NCBI GenBank assembly: GCA_963422265.1
Contig: OY729416.1
Span: 1,408,001 to 1,472,000 of the forward strand
Direction of reading: 5' to 3'
Source: Thermodesulfobacteriota bacterium
GTDB taxonomy: Bacteria > Desulfobacterota_D > UBA1144 > Nemesobacterales > UBA2774
DNA: 64,000 bases
Position numbers and translations under genes: made by a program. Below the pieces are notes generated by a model. It did no database searches. It had not been told where the DNA came from and was given only the letters and a program-made list of their open reading frames with translations. This document shows positions 1-7,642 of the stretch, one piece after another; the stretch's first letter is position 1; each line of letters begins with the position of its first letter.

Positions 1-2
1 AG

Positions 3-137
3 CGGCTGGGAATAGGTAAAGGGGGATTTTGGCTCACGCCGGATAATAGTATGTTTCAGCGGGAGTTTTTTCCAGTAGAAGATTTAGATCAGGGACTGAT
101 CGCAGGGCGAGTGCGGTGGGTGTTTAATAAGGTGTGA
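3..137 (+). CDS. 3' end of S24 peptidase-family (CI/LexA-like) phage repressor, truncated by window edge
   Basis: Manual translation RLGIGKGGFWLTPDNSMFQREFFPVEDLDQGLIAGRVRWVFNKV*; (K)RL...L.xDN...I.GRV.W pattern of S24 C-termini; prophage context. Confidence 0.6.
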   Translation, partial: RLGIGKGGFWLTPDNSMFQREFFPVEDLDQGLIAGRVRWVFNKV

Positions 138-140
138 TAG

Positions 141-277
141 TTCGAACTGTGATTTGAATGATTAAATGATGGGCTGTGATAGGAAGGATAAAGATTTAAA
201 TCCCACTATATCCCCCTTTTTGAAAGGGGGAGACGATAAGGAAGCGCCCTCACCCTCTCCCAGGGGGGAGAGGGTCA
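141..277. repeat. Composite palindromic repeat, one copy of ~140-bp unit
   Basis: GAACTGTGATTT...TCCCCCTTTTTGAAAGGGGGA...CCCTCACCCTCTCCCAGGGGGGAGAGGG; matches copies at 744-995, 1540-1820, 3288-3388, 3646-3756. Confidence 0.9.
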
Positions 278-727
278 CTACAAATTGGAAAGCAAGCGTA
301 GTAGGACTTCAGCGATTTCGTCTTCATCGTCTTGGGCTAACATGAGGAAAGGGCGTGGTGGAATGGTTACTTTTTTGTTTTTACCGGCTTTGCCGCCGAG
401 CTGATGAATGCGGGCGTAGGGTTTGTTGGTTCCTACAATGGCGGAGAGTTTGTCAGAGTCAGCAGATATGGAGCCTAGCAATCCACGACCACCTGATAGA
501 TTTAGTATGGGGTGGTAGCCTCTTTTTTTACCTCCCTTTTTCTGATTGGCGGTAGCTTTAGATAGAGGAGTCCATTTGGGTCTTCCTTCTTGTTCGAAGT
601 TTTCGGCGATGGCGTCAAGCATGATGTCTGCGATGTCTCTCATTTCTGCAGATAAGTCTTGTGATTTGCGTAGGAGCGCTCTTGCGAGGTCGTCAATTTC
701 TTTTGTGTTGGCAGAGATTGTTATCAT
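278..727 (-). CDS. Phage virion morphogenesis protein (Mu gpG-like)
   Basis: 149 aa; ENFEQEGRPKWTPLS, VGTNKPYARIHQLGG, IPPRPFL motifs. Confidence 0.9.
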   Translation of the reverse strand: MITISANTKEIDDLARALLRKSQDLSAEMRDIADIMLDAIAENFEQEGRPKWTPLSKATANQKKGGKKRGYHPILNLSGGRGLLGSISADSDKLSAIVGTNKPYARIHQLGGKAGKNKKVTIPPRPFLMLAQDDEDEIAEVLLRLLSNL

Positions 728-743
728 GGTAGTGTAGTGTAAG

Positions 744-995
744 GATTGAAAGGGGAAAGATCAAATCCCCCTGTGTCCCCCTTTTCTAAAGGGGGAGAAG
801 ATGAGGAAGTGCCCTCACCCTGACCCTCTCCCAGGGGGAAAGGAGGTCTGAACTAGGGTTTTTAGGATGGAATGAGGGGCTAATGATTGGAAGGATAAAG
901 ATCAAATCATCCTGTATCCCCCTTTTCTAAAGGGGGAGAAGATGAGGAAGCTCCCTCACTCTGTATTCCTCTCCCAGAGAGAGAGGGAGCTGAAA
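744..995. repeat. Tandem composite palindromic repeat (~1.7 units)
   Basis: Two CCCCCTTTTCTAAAGGGGG hairpins and two CCCTCAC..CCTCTCCC..GGG hairpins joined by GTCTGAACTAGGGTTTTTAGGA. Confidence 0.9.
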
Positions 996-1116
996 GAGGG
1001 GGTGGGTGGTCGGGGGAATCTTTGTGGTTGGTGGGGATTTTGTTTGTATTGGGCGAAAATGATAAAGAAGAGCCTGTAATCATTATGTTTTCTGTTTTTA
1101 AAAGCGCTTAACTCCA

Positions 1117-1514
1117 TGCCAAACCATCTTGTCCAAAGCCAGAAAATCGCTAAAAGGTATAAGTTTGTAAGGTTTTCAGGGGAGCTGGGTAGCTGAGCAG
1201 TTCAGCAGTTTTGCTGATTAGGCAAGCTCACCCCTTCTACATGGTTCGGCAGGTTCACCAATCGCTCGGGGTAGCGTAACCAGTTCACTTACCACAAGCT
1301 TATGAATCGTGAGGGGAAGCTAGAAAAGCCCGCAATAACAGGCAGTTAACAGCATTTCTGTTGATTGGAGAAGCTCGCCCATTCTTATATAGTTCGGCAG
1401 GTTCACTAACCGCTCGGGACAGCGCAACCAGCTCGCTGACCGCTCAGGATACCACCCTGAAGAGCCGACTCAGACAGGAGCTATCGCCCCTTTCCAATCG
1501 TGCCAAACCATCTT
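1117..1514. repeat. Block bounded by 14-bp direct repeats, with two degenerate ~97-bp internal copies
   Basis: TGCCAAACCATCTT at 1117-1130 and 1501-1514; internal copies 1197-1293 and 1342-1441 share GTTCGGCAGGTTCAC..CGCTCGGG..AGCG.AACCAG. Confidence 0.85.
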
Positions 1515-1539
1515 TCAAACTATAATGAGGGGGGTTGAT

Positions 1540-1820
1540 ACCCTCACCCTGTGTCCCTCTCCCAGGGGGAAAAGGGGGTCTGAACTAGGATTTTTAGGAT
1601 TGAATGAGGGGCTGTGATTGAAAGGGGAAAGATCAAATGCCCCTAAATCCCCCTTTTCTAAAGGGGGAGAAGGCAGAGAATCGCCCTCACCCTGTGTCCC
1701 TCTCCCGGAGGGAAAGGATGTCTGAACTAAGATTTTTAGGATTGAATGAGAGGCTATGATTGAAAGGGGAAAGATCAAATGCCCCTAAATCCCCCTTTTC
1801 TAAAGGGGGATTGTGTGAGG
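1540..1820. repeat. Tandem composite palindromic repeat (~2 units)
   Basis: GTCTGAACTA.GATTTTTAGGATTGAATGAG at 1578 and 1719, each followed by CCCCCTTTTCTAAAGGGGG. Confidence 0.9.
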
Positions 1821-1824
1821 GAAT

Positions 1825-1860
1825 AAAAAAGCCCTGAGCTTCTTCAAGCTCAAGGCTTTT
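1825..1860 (-). terminator. Intrinsic terminator closing the candidate ncRNA
   Basis: Minus strand GCCTTGAGCTT-GAAG-AAGCTCAGGGC-TTTTTT (11-bp stem, one G-U, U6 tail). Confidence 0.85.
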
Positions 1861-1992
1861 AGTAATGCTTGAGACTGCGCCTGATAGTCTCATGGGACAT
1901 GCGAGAAGGACTCAAACACCCCTTCTACGAAACTTTTTGGGGTCAGGCACTCCCTCAGCTACCGCCTTGAGATTTTGCCGCATATCCTTACT
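1825..1992 (-). ncRNA. Candidate structured ncRNA (~165 nt) downstream of MuF-nuclease gene
   Basis: Lies between a near-consensus promoter and a terminator; helices GGAUAUGCG/CGCAUGUCC, AGAAGG/CCUUCU, UGAGACU/AGUCUCA; possible loop pairing UCAGGCGC:GUGCCUGA. Confidence 0.7.
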
Positions 1993-1996
1993 TCTA

Positions 1997-2025
1997 AATA
2001 TATGACAAACAATAAAGCGTGTCAA
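1997..2025 (-). promoter_or_regulatory. Sigma70-type promoter
   Basis: Minus strand TTGACA (2025-2020), 17 nt, TATATT (2002-1997); begins 3 nt after the MuF stop codon. Confidence 0.8.
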
Positions 2026-2028
2026 GTA

Positions 2029-3273
2029 TTATTCCCTGACGATTGTTCCTTGACTTATTTTTTTCTTTTTCTGCTTAGGCTGTATTCGGTGAAATGATTT
2101 CACATATACTTCCGTTCCATCCTTTGTTACCTTGATCGGTATCATGTATAGCCTATTATTCTCCTTATAAATAAACTCAAGGTGATTTTCGGTATTTGCA
2201 GGGCGAACAACCAATGCCTCATCTATAACATCCTGTATTTGAGAATAATCTTCAACCTTTATACCAGGGTGATCTCTTACTGTATCAGCTGATAATCTTA
2301 CGGTTTGCGTATTAGTCCCGAGAGCTTTTTTAATCTCAGTTGGTATAACGGCAATGGGGAAAAAGTCGTCTGTTCTTACCTCTCTCATTTCTACAAACAT
2401 CCTAAAAGCGGGACCCGTGACTGTGCCTTTGACGTATTGTTTGGCAATATCGTAGTCGTATTTGTTTAGGTCTGGTTGATAGGCGGCTTTGTAGGGGTTA
2501 TAGTCAAAGCTAGGTTGTGGGAAGATTTGCTTGCCATTAGGGAGTTGGTAACCGCGCACCTTTACTTGTCTGACTTCACCGGTGCTTTTGTTTACGAGAG
2601 TTTGAGTGGAGCGGATCATCTTGCCGGATTGTGAAGCCCCCTTTGGTGGACTCTTTTGAGTGGAGAGGACTTTGAGTTTACGGCGTCCGACGTCGCGTTT
2701 GGACAGGGAGCGTTTGGAGCAGCGGCAGTTGAAGTCAAGTGGTGGTGTAAAGGTGTCCCAGAAGGGGTCGTCAAGGGGGAATACCTTGCCGTGTAGCTCT
2801 GCGTGAGCGGGGCGGACGCGGTCGTCTAGGACTGCGACATATTGTCCATAGGGGCGGTTCTTTTTGTTCTCTTGGAATCTCTCTTCCCTACCGACGGCGT
2901 AGGCAGAGGCAAGATTGGTGTTGTAGATGGTTCGTAGGCGGTGTGGCGAGCCTTCTAGGATACTCTCTGCTTGTCCTTGTGGATTAACAACTATTTTGCG
3001 ACCCCACCAGTCCTTTTTTTTGAGAGTAGGCTCGAGATTTTTACGGAATTGTTGGAAGGTTAGTCCTTTAGCAATAGCATTGTCAACGGCGTTACGGACG
3101 TCTTGCAGGACGTCAGCGCGGACAACGCGAGCGACAGTGAAGGCTTTGGCGTGTGCTTGTTTGAGAGTATCTTGCCAGTTCCATGAGAATGCGTAGCCCT
3201 TGGAGCGGAAGTATTTTATTGCCTTTTCTGGTTTGAGGTTAAAGGCGTAAGTTAGGTCAATTGGTTGGGGCAT
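2029..3273 (-). CDS. Phage head morphogenesis protein MuF (gpF) with C-terminal PBECR2-like nuclease domain
   Basis: N-terminal MuF motifs RLRTIYNTNLASAY, LDDRVRPAHAELHG, PPLDFNCRC; extra ~120-aa tail (FPIAVIP..VRLSADT..HP..DY..IKVTKDGTEVYVKSFHR) resembles BECR-fold PBECR2. Confidence 0.85.
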   Translation of the reverse strand: MPQPIDLTYAFNLKPEKAIKYFRSKGYAFSWNWQDTLKQAHAKAFTVARVVRADVLQDVRNAVDNAIAKGLTFQQFRKNLEPTLKKKDWWGRKIVVNPQGQAESILEGSPHRLRTIYNTNLASAYAVGREERFQENKKNRPYGQYVAVLDDRVRPAHAELHGKVFPLDDPFWDTFTPPLDFNCRCSKRSLSKRDVGRRKLKVLSTQKSPPKGASQSGKMIRSTQTLVNKSTGEVRQVKVRGYQLPNGKQIFPQPSFDYNPYKAAYQPDLNKYDYDIAKQYVKGTVTGPAFRMFVEMREVRTDDFFPIAVIPTEIKKALGTNTQTVRLSADTVRDHPGIKVEDYSQIQDVIDEALVVRPANTENHLEFIYKENNRLYMIPIKVTKDGTEVYVKSFHRIQPKQKKKKISQGTIVRE

Positions 3274-3287
3274 GGTTTCTCCTCCGT

Positions 3288-3388
3288 GTCTGAACTGTGA
3301 TTTGTGGGATTAGATGAGGGGCTATGATTGAAAGGATAAGGATCAAATCCCCCTGTGTCCCCCTTTTCTAAAGGGGGAGTATGTGAGG
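3288..3388. repeat. Composite palindromic repeat (partial unit)
   Basis: GTCTGAACTGTGATTT...GATCAAATCCCCCTGTGTCCCCCTTTTCTAAAGGGGGAG. Confidence 0.9.
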
Positions 3389-3391
3389 TTT

Positions 3392-3760
3392 TCATTTCTT
3401 CTCTCCGTTTAGGCGTCCCCAGATATGGGAGGTGAAGGCACCTTTTTGTAGTTGTTGGGTGATGGAGGCAGTGTCTAGTTCTGGGTAGAGCTGGGCTAGT
3501 TTGGATGAGAAGTCTGAGAAGTTCGTAGATTTCTCTGCGAGGTCAAATATGACGTCAAGTAGGGCTTCTGCTTGTTGTTGTAGCGCGGGGGCGTCATCGC
3601 CTATCTCTTGTTCGAGAGAGTCTAGGGCGGGGTCTGAGAAGGAAGGATCAAATCCCCCTGTGTCCCCCTTTTTCAAAGGGGGAGAAGATAAGGAAGTGCC
3701 CTCACCCTGTGTCTCTCTCCCGGATTCGGCAAGCTCATTAACCGAGGGAGAAGGGGATAT
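3392..3760 (-). pseudogene. 3' remnant of Mu-like portal protein (gp29/DUF935)
   Basis: C-terminus LAQLYPELD..ITQQLQKGAFTSHIWGRL typical of DUF935 ends; directly upstream of muF; 5' part absent (in-frame TGA near 3835). Confidence 0.65.
3646..3756. repeat. Composite palindromic repeat with nested TTCGGCAAGCTCATTAACCGA element
   Basis: Same unit as other copies; second hairpin interrupted by a motif related to the 1197-1441 repeats. Confidence 0.85.
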
Positions 3761-4060
3761 TAGGGACGAGGAGCTTGAGGTTTTACTTGAAGTGGAGCGG
3801 GAGTTGGAATCACTGCTAGCTACGTTGCAATATCAGCAGCAGGAGTGGATAAGGGTATGGCAGTTGTGTCATACGCAGAGACACGGGCAGGGGATGACAA
3901 TGGGGACGTTGATTCATTCAGAGATATGGAACAATCTACGTATGCTTGGGATACGAGGGGCATGAGAAGGAGCGAGTATTTAGGGTTACGCTTGAAATAG
4001 ATGAGGTGTTTAGGGAGTATGCGGAGAGGGAAGAGAAGAGGACATCAGCGGTGAGAACAG
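3760..4060 (+). pseudogene. Possible phage tail assembly chaperone remnant (frameshifted)
   Basis: Joining two frames near 3960 gives WQLCHTQRHGQGMTMGTLIHSEIWNNLRMLGIRG/HEKERVFRVTLEIDEVFREY, reminiscent of DUF1799-like chaperones. Confidence 0.35.
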
Positions 4061-4201
4061 CACGCTCCACACGGAGAGCGATAGCAAGCGAGATTCCTCA
4101 ACCCCGTCCCGTTCGGAATGAGAGGGGACAACAAGACATAAGGATCCAACGTTACAAATCCTTGACTCAGCAAATATCAAAGGGTAACCTAAAAGGTTAA
4201 A

Positions 4202-4220
4202 CTTAACACAATCTTAACAC
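4202..4220 (+). promoter_or_regulatory. 11-bp-period direct repeat (Pho-box-like) upstream of gap
   Basis: CTTAACAC at 4202 and 4213. Confidence 0.35.
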
Positions 4221-4246
4221 TAACTTTTTCCAGAGGAGTTTCCCCA

Positions 4247-5254
4247 ATGTCAACTAAGGTTGGTATCAACGGATTCGGAAGGATCGGGAGGCACGTTCTA
4301 CGCATCGGGCTTAAAGAGAAAGAATTAGAGTTTGTAGGAATAAATGATATAAGCGACCCGAAAACGCTAGCGCACCTCTTCAAATACGATTCTACTTTCG
4401 GACCTTGCAAAAGTGAGGTTAAATCTGAGAACGGCCATATTTTAGTAGATAACAAACCTATTAGGGTCTTTTCAGAGAAAAACCCTTCGGATATTCCCTG
4501 GGGCGAAACAGGTGCACAGGTTATCGCCGAGTCAAGTGGCGTTTTCAGAAGTAAGGAGCAAGCATCTGCTCACCTTGGTAAAACCGTAAAAAAGGTAATT
4601 ATTACCGCCCCTGCAAAGGGCAACGTGGATTTCACTACAGTTCTTGGCGTAAATCAGGATAAGTATGAAAACGCCAGTCATAATATTATTTCTAACGCAT
4701 CATGCACGACTAACTGTTTTGCGATGATAGTTAAAGTCCTCCACGAAAACTTCAGAATATGCAAAGGGCAGATGACAACGGTTCATTCATATACCAACGA
4801 TCAACAGGTATTAGACGCTCCTCATAAGGACCTGAGAAGGTCTCGCGCCGCCGCTGTGTCTATCATACCGACGAGTACTGGAGCTGCAGACGCTATTAAC
4901 ATCATTTACCCTGAACTAAAAGGAAAAATGAGCGCCATCTCCATGAGGGTTCCAACGGCAAACGTTTCAGTAGTAGATTTTACTTGCGAGGTTGAAAAAC
5001 CTACCAACGCAGAAGAGGTGAACGAGAAATTTAGAACGGCTTCAAAAGAGGAACTTAACGGATATTTAAGATACGTTGGCGAGGAGCTAGTATCTTCTGA
5101 CTTTATTGGAGACTCACATTCCGCGTCTATTGACGCACCCCTTACTTCAGTAGTAGAAGGTAATCTTGTAAAGGTCATAGGCTGGTATGACAACGAGTAC
5201 GGATACTCATCGAGAGTAGTAGATTTACTCAAATTTATAGGAGACCAAATTTGA
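4247..5254 (+). CDS. gap: Glyceraldehyde-3-phosphate dehydrogenase type I
   Basis: GINGFGRIGR, NASCTTNC, WYDNEYGYS. Confidence 0.98.
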   Translation: MSTKVGINGFGRIGRHVLRIGLKEKELEFVGINDISDPKTLAHLFKYDSTFGPCKSEVKSENGHILVDNKPIRVFSEKNPSDIPWGETGAQVIAESSGVFRSKEQASAHLGKTVKKVIITAPAKGNVDFTTVLGVNQDKYENASHNIISNASCTTNCFAMIVKVLHENFRICKGQMTTVHSYTNDQQVLDAPHKDLRRSRAAAVSIIPTSTGAADAINIIYPELKGKMSAISMRVPTANVSVVDFTCEVEKPTNAEEVNEKFRTASKEELNGYLRYVGEELVSSDFIGDSHSASIDAPLTSVVEGNLVKVIGWYDNEYGYSSRVVDLLKFIGDQI

Positions 5255-6474
5255 CCGGCAAGAAGGTAATATCTGATATTCCAGATTCTCAGTTTGTAGG
5301 GAAAAGGGTGTTTTTAAGGGTGGATTTTAACGTCCCGATTAGAGATGGTAAAATTCGTGAAGATTATAGAATAAGAAGGGCAATTCCTACGATTGATTAT
5401 CTAATAGAAAGAAAGGCTAAGCTGATAATAGCCTCTCATCTAGGTCGCCCCAAAGGATTAGTAATTTCGGATTTATCCTTAAGACCAATTCAAAAGCGTC
5501 TGTCCGAGCTTTTGGGAAAGTCAGTAAAATTCACCGGCAAAGTAATAGGTGAGGAAGTAAAAGAATCGGTAATGGCTCTACAAAATGGTGAGGTGTTACT
5601 TCTTGAGAACCTAAGGTTTCATAAAGAAGAAACTGACGACGCCCCTGACTTTTCTGATGAGCTTTCATCTATTGCAGACGTATATGTTAATGACGCATTT
5701 GGAACATCTCACAGGAAACATGCCTCAACATATGGAATGGCTTCCTGCTTTGACTTGAGGCTCGCTGGATTTTTAGTAAATAGAGAGCTAAAATTCCTTT
5801 CAACGATACGCGAGAATCCTGACCATCCGTTCGTGGCTATAGTAGGTGGAGGCAAGATAAAGGACAAAATCCACGCTTTGAAAAGTTTAATAGAAAAAGC
5901 GGACAAAATACTACTGGGAGGGGGAGTCGCCTACACCTTCCTAAAGGCTAAAGGTGTGAACATTGGACATTCTATAGTAGAGGAAGAGATGATTGATTGG
6001 GCTAAGCAATCGCTCCAAAAACACGGTGAGAAAATTTTTCTTCCCGAGGACCACGTAGTCGCGGGAGGCTTTGAAAGAAGAAAGAACTGTATGGTTGTGG
6101 ACGGAGACATCCATGATGAACTGCAAGGGTTCGACATAGGACCTAAAACCGCAGCAAACTACAGTCATCAGATAAAGGGGGCGGGGTCTATATTTTGGAG
6201 CGGTCCTATGGGCGTATTTGAGATTACAGACTTCTCAGCAGGCACGTCACAGCTCGCCCGCGCGGTCGCCCTTGCAACCTGGAGAGGCACTACGACAGTT
6301 GTAGGTGGCGGAGAAACCATTGCATCCATAAGAAATGCGGAGGTTCTAGATTCTGAAATCACGCACATTTCTACTGGCGGAGGAGCGCTGCTTGAATTCC
6401 TTGGAGGGGGAGAACTACCTGGGATATCCATCTTAAATGAAAGGAAAGAGAATATGTCGCTCGTCGCCAATTAA
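5251..6474 (+). CDS. pgk: Phosphoglycerate kinase
   Basis: RVDFNVP, SHLGRPKG, LLENLRFH, HISTGGGA. Confidence 0.98.
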   Translation: MTGKKVISDIPDSQFVGKRVFLRVDFNVPIRDGKIREDYRIRRAIPTIDYLIERKAKLIIASHLGRPKGLVISDLSLRPIQKRLSELLGKSVKFTGKVIGEEVKESVMALQNGEVLLLENLRFHKEETDDAPDFSDELSSIADVYVNDAFGTSHRKHASTYGMASCFDLRLAGFLVNRELKFLSTIRENPDHPFVAIVGGGKIKDKIHALKSLIEKADKILLGGGVAYTFLKAKGVNIGHSIVEEEMIDWAKQSLQKHGEKIFLPEDHVVAGGFERRKNCMVVDGDIHDELQGFDIGPKTAANYSHQIKGAGSIFWSGPMGVFEITDFSAGTSQLARAVALATWRGTTTVVGGGETIASIRNAEVLDSEITHISTGGGALLEFLGGGELPGISILNERKENMSLVAN

Positions 6475-6557
6475 AATTAGGCTTTTTTTGTCTCTGAATT
6501 CCACGTTAATCTAAACCTAATAAGTTACAAACCAATTATAGTGAATGGGGGTAATAA

Positions 6558-7631
6558 ATGGTAAAGGCGAGGGAAGACCTAGACTCAATAGCTGAGCTAT
6601 TGGGCAATGAAGCTAGTTACCTTCTTGACCATAAATGTAAGACGGTATCTAAAGACCAACTTCACCTACCGGGACCCTCTTTTGTTGATAATGTATTTAT
6701 ACCCTCTGATCGCCAGAATTCAGTGCTCAGAAATTTGCAACTATTGTTCAATACAGGAAGGCTCGCTGGAACTGGCTACTTATCAGTACTACCCGTTGAT
6801 CAGGGTATAGAACATTCCGCAGGCGCCTCTTTCACCCCTAATCCTTTGTATTTTGATCCCGAAAATATAGTTAAATTAGCTATCGAGGGTGGGTGCAACG
6901 CGGTTGCCTCTACGCTTGGAGTGCTTGGATGTGTTTCAAGAAGATATGCCCACAAAATTCCATTTATCGTCAAGATAAATCATAATGAGTTGCTTACTTA
7001 TCCTAATAAATATGATCAGGTTATATTTGCAAACGTAGATCAGGCTTTCCAGATGGGCGCCGTTGCGGTCGGAGCAACTATATACTTCGGCTCGAACGAG
7101 AGCACGCGTCAGATACAGGAAATATCGGAAGCCTTCAGATATGCCCACACTCTGGGACTGGTAACCGTACTTTGGGCTTACCTGAGGAATCCAGCTTTCA
7201 AGACCGAAGGGATGGATTACCACCTTGCGGCGGATTTAACTGGACAGGCGAATCACCTAAGCGCTACAATTGAGGCTGACATAGTCAAACAAAAACAGGC
7301 GGAAAATAATGGTGGATTCACGTCTCTTAAGTTTGGTAAGACCGATCCAAAGGTTTATTCACAACTGACTTCTGCACATCCTATAGACTTAACTCGTTAT
7401 CAGGTTATAAATTGTTATATGGGACGCGCAGGTCTCATCAATTCAGGCGGAGCATCTACTGGCGATGACGACCTTGCTCAGGCAGTTCGCACTGCCGTGA
7501 TAAACAAAAGGGCAGGCGGCATGGGACTGATAAGCGGTAGAAAATCCTTCCAAAAACCTATGAAGGAAGGAATTAAACTTTTAAACGCCGTTCAGAACGT
7601 TTACCTTAATAAAAGCGTAACTATCGCCTGA
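6558..7631 (+). CDS. fbaB: Class I fructose-bisphosphate aldolase
   Basis: [36 protein letters not shown]. Confidence 0.95.
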   Translation: MVKAREDLDSIAELLGNEASYLLDHKCKTVSKDQLHLPGPSFVDNVFIPSDRQNSVLRNLQLLFNTGRLAGTGYLSVLPVDQGIEHSAGASFTPNPLYFDPENIVKLAIEGGCNAVASTLGVLGCVSRRYAHKIPFIVKINHNELLTYPNKYDQVIFANVDQAFQMGAVAVGATIYFGSNESTRQIQEISEAFRYAHTLGLVTVLWAYLRNPAFKTEGMDYHLAADLTGQANHLSATIEADIVKQKQAENNGGFTSLKFGKTDPKVYSQLTSAHPIDLTRYQVINCYMGRAGLINSGGASTGDDDLAQAVRTAVINKRAGGMGLISGRKSFQKPMKEGIKLLNAVQNVYLNKSVTIA

Positions 7632-7642
7632 CGATTTATATA

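Larger units (their letters stand above)
1..4130. mobile_element. Degraded Mu-like prophage remnant
   Basis: Portal fragment-gpF-gpG in Mu order on minus strand, repressor tail, composition distinct from downstream housekeeping genes. Confidence 0.8.

Noticed and set aside
1100-1514. Sigma54 promoters at TGGCAC/TGGCAT on the minus strand
   Set aside because: No GC at the required -12 spacing in either copy
141-1820. CRISPR array
   Set aside because: Units are ~140 bp, degenerate, and lack unique equal-length spacers; no cas genes in the window
1515-1893. ORFs 1515-1778 and 1687-1893 as the MuF immunity protein
   Set aside because: They translate the palindromic repeat itself (PPLEKGDLGAF), and one reads through the terminator
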